Under the pieces are notes generated by a model that worked only from the letters and a program-made list of their open reading frames with translations, searched no databases and was not told the DNA's origin. From Candidatus Poribacteria bacterium (GTDB lineage Bacteria; Poribacteria; WGA-4E; WGA-3G), in contig OZ240248.1 in NCBI GenBank assembly GCA_965198235.1, forward strand, positions 4,640,001 through 4,704,000: DNA of 64,000 nt, given 5' to 3'. The translations under genes and the position numbers were made by a program. This document shows positions 1 through 9,143 of the stretch, one piece after another; positions within the stretch are counted from its first letter, which is position 1; every line of letters begins with the position of its first letter.

Positions 1-1
1 C

Positions 2-682
2 GAAAAAGGTATTGCTATACTCTGCGAATACGTCGAAACGGTTCGCGACATTATCGGTTATGAGATTCCGCTCTCGGTCGATCATTTTGGGCATATCGGT
101 ATCGAGGACTGTATCCGTATCGCGAGGGCATTGGAGAAATACAATCTCGCGTGGTTAGAGGATATGGTGCCGTGGCAGTATACCGACCAGTATGTACGTC
201 TCTCAAATTCATGCGCCACCCCTATTTGCACAGGCGAGGACATCTATTGCAAAGAGGACTTTATGCCGCTGTTTGAGAGCCGCGGGATTGCTGTGGCTCA
301 CCCAGATATCGCGACATCGGGTGGGATTTTGGAGACGAAAAAGATTGGTGATTTGGCGGAAGATCACGGCATTGCAATGGCACTCCACATGGCAGGTACC
401 CCTATTTGTGCAATGGCGAGCGTCCACTGTGCCGCAGCGACATCAAATTTCTTGGCGCTGGAAAATCACTCCGTTGACAATCCGTGGTGGGATGAAATGG
501 TGACAGGCTTACCGAATCCGATCATCCAAAACGGTTATATCAATGTGCCAGAGACACCGGGTTTAGGTATTGACCTCAACGAAGAGGTCGTTCGGGAGCA
601 TCTCCATCCAGAGGAGACAGATTACTTCGCACCGACAACAGAATGGGATTCCGAACGTTCGCATGATAGGTTGTGGAGTTAG
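2..682 (+). CDS. Mandelate racemase/muconate lactonizing (enolase superfamily) enzyme, 5'-truncated by the window edge
   Basis: Frame is open from base 2 (EKGIAILCEYVETVRDIIGYEIPLSVDH...). Metal ligands D..., WLED and TGED; C-terminal PETPGLGIDLNEE. Confidence 0.85.
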   Translation, partial: EKGIAILCEYVETVRDIIGYEIPLSVDHFGHIGIEDCIRIARALEKYNLAWLEDMVPWQYTDQYVRLSNSCATPICTGEDIYCKEDFMPLFESRGIAVAHPDIATSGGILETKKIGDLAEDHGIAMALHMAGTPICAMASVHCAAATSNFLALENHSVDNPWWDEMVTGLPNPIIQNGYINVPETPGLGIDLNEEVVREHLHPEETDYFAPTTEWDSERSHDRLWS

Positions 683-794
683 GGATTTTGTTTATAAGGG
701 CGGACCTCCATATCCGCCCTACCTCAAACAAGTTGCAGCGTCCGGCAGATCGTTGAAAACCTGGATGTTACAATAATGCCCCATATCCCATCTA

Positions 795-1568
795 CTACAT
801 TTTCAGATTCGCCCACATTGTTGTGAGCTTACCATCTGCTTCGATAGCAGCAAATTCTTCAACATGGAACAGCAAATTCTCCATGAAAAGTTTTGCCATA
901 TCTTTCGTATTGTCATCGTTACCTGCGATATAGTATTTATCAGGGGCAATTGCCATCATCAGGAACTTACCTTTCCCGAATTCTGCTTCCATAATGACAG
1001 GTTCCCCTAAACTTTCCATCAGCACGTCAAAGCCCTTTTGAGAAGCGATGACTTCCCAGACAGTAGGCCAGCCCTGATGTCCCCAACCTTCAAACGTTTT
1101 TTGATCCATACGGTTTGGTTCGTTAAAGAGCTGATGGTCGGCTTGCAGTATTTCAAAAATTGGACTATCACGGTCACTCCGAACACAACTCAATCCAGGC
1201 GGCAACCAATCCACATTCGCTTCGTTCTGATCAGCTTGGGTCGGTTCCCAGACGATACCACCATTTTCGACGAAATCCTGAATCACCTTTGCATTCTTGT
1301 CGAGATTTTGGTGCAATCCAGCATTGTTAGTCAGCATGCTACCAATTAAAAAAATTTTATTTTCTACTTTGAGAGGTAGTTTTCCACCTTCAAGTGCCTT
1401 TGTCAGATCATCGTACTCAACTTTGAACTCATCCAGGGTCTGACGCAACGCATCAACCTTTGTCCACTCGTCAGCAAAATCAATAACAGCAATTTTAGCA
1501 GCTTCTACAGCCATTACACTCAAAACGAGAGTCAAAATACAGAGCCATGCAAACAAACGGGGATACAT
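795..1568 (-). CDS. Secreted protein (class I GATase-like fold) with Poribacteria-type C-terminal motif
   Basis: Signal peptide ending AVEA; C-terminus AIEADGKLTTMWANLKM; AGGAG RBS. Confidence 0.65.
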   Translation of the reverse strand: MYPRLFAWLCILTLVLSVMAVEAAKIAVIDFADEWTKVDALRQTLDEFKVEYDDLTKALEGGKLPLKVENKIFLIGSMLTNNAGLHQNLDKNAKVIQDFVENGGIVWEPTQADQNEANVDWLPPGLSCVRSDRDSPIFEILQADHQLFNEPNRMDQKTFEGWGHQGWPTVWEVIASQKGFDVLMESLGEPVIMEAEFGKGKFLMMAIAPDKYYIAGNDDNTKDMAKLFMENLLFHVEEFAAIEADGKLTTMWANLKM

Positions 1569-1660
1569 AAGTTAATCTCCTTACGTGTAACACGTGTTTT
1601 CATGATTTGAAGGGTTTTTTGCTCAATTGGTCCTATCAGGCCTCACATAAACATTATAGC

Positions 1661-1785
1661 GTGATAGACCTCACCCTAAAGGACGAGGCTTCTGCTAAAT
1701 AATTGCAGAAGCTTTCGTGCGATCAACGACCGTTGCTTTCTTACGAAAGTCTTACACAGCCTACTGCAACAGACGCTACCCCGAC
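1661..1785 (-). ncRNA. TnpB-type omegaRNA (reRNA) scaffold; guide would be the flank from 1660 downward
   Basis: GCGTCTG...GTAAGAC-TTTCGTAAGAAAG...GTTGA...GCAGAAGCC-hairpin-TCAC. TGAT/ATCA pseudoknot potential. 5' boundary is approximate. Confidence 0.7.
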
Positions 1786-1977
1786 TGCGACACACAAAGT
1801 GTCCTTACGAAATTTATTTTGAGACGTATATTTCAAATGGGATTCAGCATGACCTGTCTTTCCCTACTAACGTCTGTAAGCTACTACTTCTTGACCTTTA
1901 CTTTAGAGCTTTACACTATGGGAGTTTGATCAATAGGCGAGTAACAGCCCTCCATAGCAACCTTACACTCTGAAAGT

Positions 1978-2006
1978 ATTATAGCAGATTCAACAACATA
2001 TTTCAA
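1978..2006 (-). promoter_or_regulatory. Sigma70 promoter inside the ORF-less element
   Basis: TTGAAA-N17-TATAAT with extended TGn (TGCTATAAT). Confidence 0.75.
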
Positions 2007-2268
2007 GGAAAAGCAGCGTCTACATCTCCATGCTAAAGCATGGAGTTTTGACGCTGAAGATTATGATAAATCCAAATTTGGAAAAAAACACACACACAGG
2101 TTGGCGCGCGAAACAGACAGCGATAAACGCCATCAAAAGCAGATGTAACTGCCTGCACTCCGGGTTGCGAATGGACTTCAAAGTCAAAAGCATTAAGTGT
2201 TTGAGTAGCATTGACTTACCATGTGTGATGGCTGAGCCACTTGCTATAGCCGGTCGGCGAAGGAACAT

Positions 2269-2835
2269 TCAAAAAGCGTTTGCCACAGCCACCAAATCCA
2301 AAATATTGACGATCCCATCACCGTTAACGTCTGGTGCATCTGTGCCGAATCCACTGGCAACTGCCACCAAATCCAGAATGTTGACAGTCCCATCACCGTT
2401 GACATCCGCAGGTGTTCCGAGCCGTTTGAGATAGATTTCACCGTCTAAATCCGCGACAGTGTGAAGCGTGTTGCGCAAACCACTTTCTACACCTGTTGCC
2501 TGCTCTGATAGACGAATTTCTTGCGGTTTCCCACTGCGATTATAAATTGCCCAACTGTTGGTGAATTCTCGGATAAAGAGTCCTTCTATATTGCGATAGC
2601 GTTGCGCTTTTTCGCCGATAGGTTGTCCAAGATCGGCACTCCAGAAGTCATAATAGTAATGTTGATGTTGATGGTCGTGGATTTCACCACGGGTATGTTC
2701 GGCTGAATGCCCTTTCCAAATTTCATAGACATGAGTATGTATTGTACTACCGATACCAGACACATACTGGACATAGCCATCGGAATGTGTCAGACTTAAA
2801 GTCGTAAACAGACGCATCCAACGGCGGTTCGTTGT
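2269..2835 (-). pseudogene. C-terminal remnant of a secreted protein with two dockerin-like repeats
   Basis: NRRWMRLFTTLSLTHSDGY...; DVNGDGTVNILDLVAVA and DVNGDGIVNILDLVAVA. No N-terminus or signal peptide. Confidence 0.65.
2279..2406 (-). repeat. Two dockerin/EF-hand-like coding repeats, period 75 nt
   Basis: GCCACCAAATCCA..AT.TTGAC..TCCCATCACCGTT.AC.TC occurs twice. Confidence 0.8.
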
Positions 2836-3388
2836 TAACACATCCCTCCATGGTGATGCCTGATCCAGAGTCGCGCACCTCAACAGACCAGAGGGTTTGA
2901 TCTTTCTCGCGAACGCTCAGTGAAATCTGCATTTCAGCGTCTGAGGTATCGGTGAAACGTATCAGGTCTGAAACGGAGCTGAGATCAAAACAACGAATGA
3001 GTTGATTGCTGAAAATTTCAGGAGCGTTGAGGACAGATTGCAGCTGGGCGCGTATCTTTTGAGGTAAATCTGAGAATTTGTACGGTAACGCATCTTTCCA
3101 TAGTTTTTCGAGAATTGCCCTAATTTCTTCCTCCTTGTCGTAAGCCGGCAACCCACGTCGTGTTAATCTTAAGTCCAAAACATCATGGTGAGACCAAGGA
3201 AATCGTGAGAAACCAGCAAAACTACTGTACAATGCATAGATGAGTGCTGCGAGATAGGTCTTACCGGTATTGCTCTCACCGACGAACACAGTCAGTGGGC
3301 GTAGATCTATCTCTGCCTTCTCTATCGGTCCGAAGTTTTGCACCTCGATGTGGACGTTGGTGGGCTGTATGTCTCTGACTTCGTTCAC
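2747..3388 (-). pseudogene. N-terminal half of an ABC/AAA_15-type ATPase (AbiEii/OLD-like), truncated
   Basis: IEVQNFGPI...LTVFVGESNTGKT (Walker A). No signature or Walker B; it runs out of frame into the dockerin remnant near 2835. Confidence 0.7.
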
Positions 3389-3516
3389 TGTTTTGTCTCC
3401 CGCGAGTGGTGGATTTAAGTCCAATTATACACGTATTTGTAGCCGACTGCAAGGAAAAGGAACTTTGATAACAGGGTCATTCAATTGTAGGTTTTTTGAG
3501 CGTTTTCGCCAAGGCA

Positions 3517-3540
3517 TCGCGAGCTGGAGCTCGCTCCTAC
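3517..3540 (-). repeat. GTAG-family REP-like palindrome (one of about 9 in the window)
   Basis: GTAGGAGCGAGCTCCAGCTCGCGA on the minus strand. Confidence 0.65.
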
Positions 3541-3652
3541 AGAAGAGGGAGTTTCAACGACCGACCGAAAATATGGAGAATTGAATGGCCCTGACTTTGA
3601 TAAGATATAACAGAAGGCGGCCACAAAACCTCGAAACAATCCATAATGATAC

Positions 3653-4780
3653 CTACGGAATAACGGCAACGTAAACCTGCGAATGCCCTGAAACATCTGA
3701 TGTATACACAACAGCTGTCTCATCAGGACTGAATGAAGGATGCGGGTGCGTCCACTGCGGTCCGTAGACCGTGTCCACCTTCATCTCCATCCAACTCAGG
3801 GATTTCTCTCGATCGCCTGCTTGCTGTGCTGCCGCCCAATCCTCAGCGAGTGCATACCGGTCGGTTTTCCACTGACTGCCGCTGGACGAACTCTGCGGAT
3901 AACAGATCGGCGTATGTTCGCCTGTCTCCACGTCAATAAGCCGCAAACCGATATCGGGATGGACGGTGTCGCACAATACTTTCGACCCGTCGCGATTGCT
4001 GGCAATATGCCACGCGTTGAAATCGGCAATCGTCTGCATCTGTAGGGTTTCCAGAGACATACGTCGAAGTGCATAGGGCCAATGTGTCACGATCAGTTCA
4101 TCCAACGCACCAAGGAAGGTTTCGTGGACGAGAAATTCGTTATTATCGTGCTGATAGAGCGATCGGTTTTCTGTGCCGTTCCGCTTAATAGTCCACATCC
4201 GAGGTGCCGGATCCCCGGAATACGCGATGAGATCAGGGTATTTCGGATGAAACTGGGGATGGATAATCGTCTGATCCGGGGAGGTGTAGATGACCTCGCC
4301 GCCGTTGCCATCGGTAGCGGTTACGGCGATGTGCGATTTGTCGTCGCGCTTCATCGCCGTTACGATATACCATTCGTCTGCACTGACGCTACACTCACCG
4401 AGGCTTCCACCGGGGAATTCTGCAAGTACACGTTCCTCAAGGGTATTGAGATGGATCGCTTTTATGGTGTCTGCTTGCGTGTAAAAGAGTTCAGTGCCGT
4501 CTTTGGAAATCACGCCGGAATAGCCGTGAACCTCATCGGCATCTGTCAACTGGACGATGTCGCCATTAGGGAATTCCAACTTGAAAAAATTCGGATTTCC
4601 TGAACGGTAGGAGGTGAAAATGAGATGTTCTTGGTCGGGGGTGAACGAAGATGTTAGGAAGTAGAGGTTATGGTTGATGGAAGTATCGTTTGTGAGTTGA
4701 TAGATGTGTGTGCCTGTTTGATTGTCTTGAAATTCGCGTAGTTCTGAAGGATGAACGGACGCTTTGGCGTAGTTTGGCAT
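3653..4780 (-). CDS. Oligogalacturonate lyase-family beta-propeller protein
   Basis: LYF..SFTPD, HPQF, HE, WH and HPHPSFSPD motifs. Confidence 0.75.
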   Translation of the reverse strand: MPNYAKASVHPSELREFQDNQTGTHIYQLTNDTSINHNLYFLTSSFTPDQEHLIFTSYRSGNPNFFKLEFPNGDIVQLTDADEVHGYSGVISKDGTELFYTQADTIKAIHLNTLEERVLAEFPGGSLGECSVSADEWYIVTAMKRDDKSHIAVTATDGNGGEVIYTSPDQTIIHPQFHPKYPDLIAYSGDPAPRMWTIKRNGTENRSLYQHDNNEFLVHETFLGALDELIVTHWPYALRRMSLETLQMQTIADFNAWHIASNRDGSKVLCDTVHPDIGLRLIDVETGEHTPICYPQSSSSGSQWKTDRYALAEDWAAAQQAGDREKSLSWMEMKVDTVYGPQWTHPHPSFSPDETAVVYTSDVSGHSQVYVAVIP

Positions 4781-4816
4781 ACTTTGCTCCTCGTAAGTCT
4801 GTTGATGAGATAAATT

Positions 4817-5650
4817 TTACGAATTGAATAGGTAGTTTAACAGATGTGCGCTTTCGCGGAAATCGGGGATGATGATGTCTGCACCGGCGCGAATAAGACG
4901 TTCCCGTTTGTCGGCATTCATATTGTACATATTGTCCTCAACAGACGCGACACCGACAGCGATTGCTCCCACTTCTTTGGCGTTTTCGATTTCCACATAG
5001 CCGTCTCCAACGATGAGCAGTTCGCTTCCGCTAAGGTTGAAATCCGTGATGATCTTCTGGATGACCATGGCTTTGGAAAACTTCTTATATTCCCGCAGTG
5101 CGCCGAAAATGCCACCGTTAAGGTATTCCGCAACACCGAGGAGTGCCGCTTCGTTTTTGACGAATTCGACGTCTGTACCGCTGGCGAGATAGCAGCTTAT
5201 CCCTATCTCGCGCAGGCTTTGAAGAAATTCGAGGGACATCGGCACGCGAAGTGGATCAGCAGACAGCGTTCCCGCCGCGAGTCCAGCAATCCGTTCCTTA
5301 ACAACGGGCAGCAGTCGGCGATTATATTCATCTTTATACGCGAGTGGATCCTTCGGTGTCCCGCCACGTTTCTCGATCTCCTCGCTTAACTGGATCATCT
5401 GATAGATAGTTTGCTTACCGGTCAGCCTGTCCACAAATTCAACAACAATTGCCTCAAGTTGTTCCTGCGTTTCTGTGGTATCTGTTTCCGTTTGAAGGCA
5501 TTCAACCATCATCGGGACCATTACATTCTGCCAACCGTCTCGGATGAGGGAGATTGTCCCGTCAAAATCGAAGACAACATGACGAATATTTCCGGTTTGG
5601 ATTTCACGATGGATTTCAATTGCGGTATTATCCAAAAAAATGTTCTGCAT
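4817..5650 (-). CDS. HAD-family hydrolase
   Basis: FDFDGT, ASGT and VGDG motifs. Confidence 0.85.
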   Translation of the reverse strand: MQNIFLDNTAIEIHREIQTGNIRHVVFDFDGTISLIRDGWQNVMVPMMVECLQTETDTTETQEQLEAIVVEFVDRLTGKQTIYQMIQLSEEIEKRGGTPKDPLAYKDEYNRRLLPVVKERIAGLAAGTLSADPLRVPMSLEFLQSLREIGISCYLASGTDVEFVKNEAALLGVAEYLNGGIFGALREYKKFSKAMVIQKIITDFNLSGSELLIVGDGYVEIENAKEVGAIAVGVASVEDNMYNMNADKRERLIRAGADIIIPDFRESAHLLNYLFNS

Positions 5651-5785
5651 ATTTTTAACTATGACGTTTTGCTATGATCTGACCGTTGGCCAGGTCATCG
5701 TTTTCTGATTAAGTCTGTAGGGGCACGTAAAAGACTACATGCCATGCGGGAGTCGCTTACAGTCTCAGAGATATTCAATTCTCCC

Positions 5786-5845
5786 GTAGGAGGGATCTCC
5801 AAATCCCGACTTCGTCTTCTGTAGGGGCGATCTCCTGATCGCGAC
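5786..5845 (+). repeat. Tandem GTAG REP-like palindromes
   Basis: GTAGGAGGGATCTCCAAATCCCGAC and GTAGGGGCGATCTCCTGATCGCGAC. Confidence 0.6.
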
Positions 5846-6128
5846 ATTCTGCACAAAACGGGTAGAGAACCGAAAATTGAATGGCTCTGTTATAGCCTAA
5901 AAAGGCATTGATTTCCCTTCTCTAATCTGATAGTATAATAGCGTTCAGGGTGTTAAGCAAGCATTTTTAATTATACCTTGCGGTTCGGTGAGATGGGTTC
6001 GGAGCATAAATGTGCTTCTCCGTAGACCCGCTCTCCATTACATTACGAGCTACGCGCCTGAGTTTATCAGAGCAGTTTGAAAGGCGTATCGCTCTTAAAA
6101 TTGCCCAAACTTTAATAAAATAAAACTG

Positions 6129-7004
6129 ATGAACGAAAAAGAGATACTTAAAAAAATCCAACGCATTGAAATATTTACCAATCGCCTTGTTAACACTGTC
6201 TTTGCCGGTGAGTATGAAAGCGTCTTCAAAGGACAGGGGATTACCTTCGATGAGGTTCGGGAATATCAGGTAGGTGATGAAATCCGGACGATCGATTGGA
6301 ATGTCACCGCACGCATGGGGCAAGCCTACATCAAGAAGTACGTGGAAGAGCGTGAACTCGTCATGATGTTGGTTGTGGATGTGAGTGCTTCGACCAGTTT
6401 TGGCAGTATCGCTGAGACGAAGGCGGAAATTGCTGCCGAGATTGCAGCACTCCTCGCCTTTTCTGCCATCAAAAACAACGACAAAGTTGGGCTTATCTGT
6501 TTTACGGACACCGTTGAACATTTCGTCGCGCCGCGGAAAGGGAAAAGACACGTTTTACGCGTCGTTCGGGATATTCTCCATTTTCAGCCGAAACAGCCCG
6601 GGACGAACATTGAAACGGCATTGGCGTTCGTCGATCGGGTGCTCAAGCCGCACAGTGTTGTGTTTCTCATCTCAGATTTCAAAGATACGGGGTATGAAAA
6701 GCAGTTACGCTTGAGCAGTAAACAGCACTCACTTATTGCTATTACCTTACAGGACAGGCGCGAGGTGGAATTGCCGGATGTCGGACTCATAGAACTGGAG
6801 GACGCGGAGAGCGGAGAGACGGTTATTGTCGATACACGTTCCGAGGAAGCACGGCAACTCTATACGGAACTTAATCAGCGTGTAGATGCGGAACGCCGAC
6901 AGGTTTTCCGGGCAAATCAAGTGGATTCTATTCATATCAGAACAGATGAACCGTATGTGAAACCGCTTATCCAATTTTTCCGTCAGCGTACCGCCCGACG
7001 CTAA
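6129..7004 (+). CDS. DUF58 (MoxR-associated VWA-like) protein
   Basis: FDEVREYQVGDEIRTIDWNVTAR, VDVSAS and ISDF motifs. Confidence 0.9.
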   Translation: MNEKEILKKIQRIEIFTNRLVNTVFAGEYESVFKGQGITFDEVREYQVGDEIRTIDWNVTARMGQAYIKKYVEERELVMMLVVDVSASTSFGSIAETKAEIAAEIAALLAFSAIKNNDKVGLICFTDTVEHFVAPRKGKRHVLRVVRDILHFQPKQPGTNIETALAFVDRVLKPHSVVFLISDFKDTGYEKQLRLSSKQHSLIAITLQDRREVELPDVGLIELEDAESGETVIVDTRSEEARQLYTELNQRVDAERRQVFRANQVDSIHIRTDEPYVKPLIQFFRQRTARR

Positions 7005-7024
7005 AATAAAATTCTTGTAGGCTT

Positions 7025-7795
7025 ATGAGAAGATTAGAGGTAAAGAATTTAACACAAACCTTTGCTCAAAAAGGCGACCCATTACGAGTCCTGGAGGGTT
7101 TAAACCTCGCTGTTGACGATGGGCAGTTTGTCGCTTTGTTGGGTCCCTCCGGGTGTGGCAAAAGCACGCTTTTTAATATCGTTTCTGGGCTTCTTGTACC
7201 AGACACCGGAGAAATTTACCTCGACAGTGAGCGTATCTACGGCAACACAGGGGATTTCGCCTACATGCAACAGAAGGACCTCCTTTTACCGTGGCGGACG
7301 GTCCTTAGGAACGTACTCGTCGGACCAGAAATTCACAACGAACCGCTTGACACCGCGAAGGTAGAGGCACAACGGCGTTTAGCACAACTCGGATTGAGCG
7401 GATTTGAAAATAGTTATCCGATGCAGCTTTCGGGAGGGATGCGGCAACGCGTCGCGCTCGTCCGGACACTCCTGTTTCGGAAGAGAATTCTGCTATTAGA
7501 TGAACCCTTCGGCGCACTGGATGCAATGACTCGGACCGTCATGCAGTCTATTCTACTCGACATCTGGTCAGAGAGCCGACAGACTGTGCTCCTCATCACC
7601 CACGACGTTGAGGAAGCTCTTATACTTGCTGATAAAATCTACGTGCTGACAGCCAGACCCGCAACGCTAAAAGCAGAAGTCCCTATTCCTCTGTCTCGTC
7701 CGCGGAGCATCACGGATGTCTCCCTCATTCGCCTGAAAAAAGAACTTTTGGCGTTATTACAGGTCGAAATGTCACAGGTTTTCGATGTAGGTTAA
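7025..7795 (+). CDS. ABC transporter ATP-binding protein (NitT/TauB-like)
   Basis: GPSGCGKST, LSGGMRQR, LLLDEPFGALD and ITHD motifs. Confidence 0.92.
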   Translation: MRRLEVKNLTQTFAQKGDPLRVLEGLNLAVDDGQFVALLGPSGCGKSTLFNIVSGLLVPDTGEIYLDSERIYGNTGDFAYMQQKDLLLPWRTVLRNVLVGPEIHNEPLDTAKVEAQRRLAQLGLSGFENSYPMQLSGGMRQRVALVRTLLFRKRILLLDEPFGALDAMTRTVMQSILLDIWSESRQTVLLITHDVEEALILADKIYVLTARPATLKAEVPIPLSRPRSITDVSLIRLKKELLALLQVEMSQVFDVG

Positions 7796-7886
7796 CTCTG
7801 TTTAGGGTCCGAATCCTTTGTCAATGTTCTCTAAAACGAATGTGATGGGCGGTTCATCAAAGTTTACGGATTGGAAACCCCGTGTT

Positions 7887-8912
7887 TTAGTGCGGGGAGG
7901 AAAATCCGCTCCTGTAGTTAAAGTTAAGGCGTGTTAGCACCTTAAAATCCGTAGTTTTTGCTTTTTGAGTGAGGCGTTTACCTTCCAAGGAATATAACGC
8001 TATACCGTGTTTACCGAAGCCACTGATACGTGTAAGACCATATTTGATATGTCTAACCAAAGTATTTTTTACCAATCCATTCCATGTTGTTCCTCCATAA
8101 CGCGGGCGTTTCCCGCCTTTCTGTGGGTTCTGTCTGTGGAGTTCACGTCTCCGTATCGGGATTGGCGATATACAGAAGATTGAAGTATTGTCGACAATAG
8201 GTTTCCCGCCGATTGTCTGATATGCCAAACACCAACTATCGACACAATGTGCGTCAAAATGTTCTGATAGTTTGTTAGACGACTTCTTGAGTCCTAATCC
8301 GTCTCGTATCTCTTTTGTTTCCCACCCTTGAAGTGTCCGTAGTTGCCAACGCTTCTGAACTTCAGAGTAGAACCACTGCTTACCGACTTCCAGAGGACTA
8401 AAGGATTGATTCCACTTTTTCGCATGTTCTATAGTCCGTGCTTTAATATCTTCAACACATACATGCGTGATTGGATACAGTTTGGATAACCAGTCTAATA
8501 TACGCAACTTCCAATCCCATCTTGCGCGTGTGCCTGCGGGGATACGCTCTCTGTTCGTAAGACGATTCGTCCTATTTTTTCGGTTCGGACACTTCCGTGA
8601 ACGCCGTCCTCTACGCAACTCACGTCTCTTTTCAACTTTCTTACTGACTTTGCTATGGGCATCCGCTTGCACATTCAGATAAGTGTGTGATTCACTCTTA
8701 ACCGTAAAGCCTTCTTTCTTACTGCCAGGGTCTATGCCTACAGCAATCTCTTGCTTGTAATAGCGTTCTGCCACTTCTTTGTTAAGCCTGATACAGAAAA
8801 TACCATTATCCCAATAAGGCGTGGCTTCTCCGCTTTTAATCAAATGCCTCGCTACAGGTGGAATCGTAGGCATTAACTGTTCGCCTTCTTTACTCTTTAC
8901 TGATACAAACAT
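7887..8912 (-). CDS. isrB: IsrB OMEGA RNA-guided nickase (RRXRR/PLMP, split RuvC, no HNH), 341 aa
   Basis: QLMPT, RuvC-I GIDPGSK, Arg-rich bridge helix RRELRRGRRSR, RuvC-II CVED, RuvC-III HCVD. No room for an HNH domain. ATG at 8912 follows GGGAG. Confidence 0.88.
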   Translation of the reverse strand: MFVSVKSKEGEQLMPTIPPVARHLIKSGEATPYWDNGIFCIRLNKEVAERYYKQEIAVGIDPGSKKEGFTVKSESHTYLNVQADAHSKVSKKVEKRRELRRGRRSRKCPNRKNRTNRLTNRERIPAGTRARWDWKLRILDWLSKLYPITHVCVEDIKARTIEHAKKWNQSFSPLEVGKQWFYSEVQKRWQLRTLQGWETKEIRDGLGLKKSSNKLSEHFDAHCVDSWCLAYQTIGGKPIVDNTSIFCISPIPIRRRELHRQNPQKGGKRPRYGGTTWNGLVKNTLVRHIKYGLTRISGFGKHGIALYSLEGKRLTQKAKTTDFKVLTRLNFNYRSGFSSPH

Positions 8913-9122
8913 TGTAATCAACTCCCTTTCGGGGTATATGTTGCCCCATCCAGATCACAGGCTCAGAGAGGTATCAGACTTGGGGAGCATCCGATACATT
9001 ACTTTGGCTACCACGCCAAGAGACCGCGATATATTACTGTAGTCAATGCTTTAACTTGTGAAGTGGACGTTTGGTATACGCTTTGCACAAGTTTCCTCCT
9101 CTTTTAGGAGGAGGTCACTGAC
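8913..9122 (-). ncRNA. omegaRNA (HEARO-like) of IsrB element 1
   Basis: Starts GTCAGTG pairing with CATTGAC; TGCTCCCCAAG, CCTCTCTG, GGATGGGGCAACATA and CCCGAAAGGG are shared with 38972-39180. Confidence 0.85.
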
Positions 9123-9143
9123 GTTGTCAAACATCTAGCACGA

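Larger units (their letters stand above)
1661..2065 (-). mobile_element. Non-autonomous, ORF-less IS200/IS605 derivative (PATE/MITE-like) carrying a TnpB-type omegaRNA
   Basis: Minus strand: TTAT|CATAATC...AAAA-CTCCATGC-TTTA-GCATGGAG left-end hairpin and GAAG-CCTCGTCC-TTTA-GGGTGAGG...TCAC| right end. Guide/cleavage pairs AAAA/TTAT and GAAG/TCAC follow the IS608 pairing rule. Confidence 0.8.
7858..9122 (-). mobile_element. IS200/IS605-superfamily IsrB element, non-autonomous (no tnpA)
   Basis: Plus strand: TCAT|CAAAG...GAAA-CCCCGTG-TTTTAG-TGCGGGG end hairpin; other end CAAG-TTTCCTCCTCTTTTAGGAGGAGG..TGAC|. GAAA/TCAT and CAAG/TGAC fit the TnpA guide rule. Confidence 0.85.

Noticed and set aside
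1717-1929. 70-aa plus-strand ORF, and a minus-strand FVCRSRG resembling a TnpB zinc finger
   Set aside because: The ORF is antisense to the structured RNA and has no RBS. The FVCRS stretch coincides with a hairpin and lacks the second Cys and the D.NAA motif.
6129-7795. Orphan DUF58 and ABC ATPase as a novel system
   Set aside because: Both are ordinary families and their partners may lie elsewhere in the genome.
7887-8912. Calling the RRXRR proteins IscB, Cas9 or a transposase
   Set aside because: There is no HNH between RuvC-II and RuvC-III, no CRISPR array and no HUH or DDE motif. Size and motifs fit IsrB.
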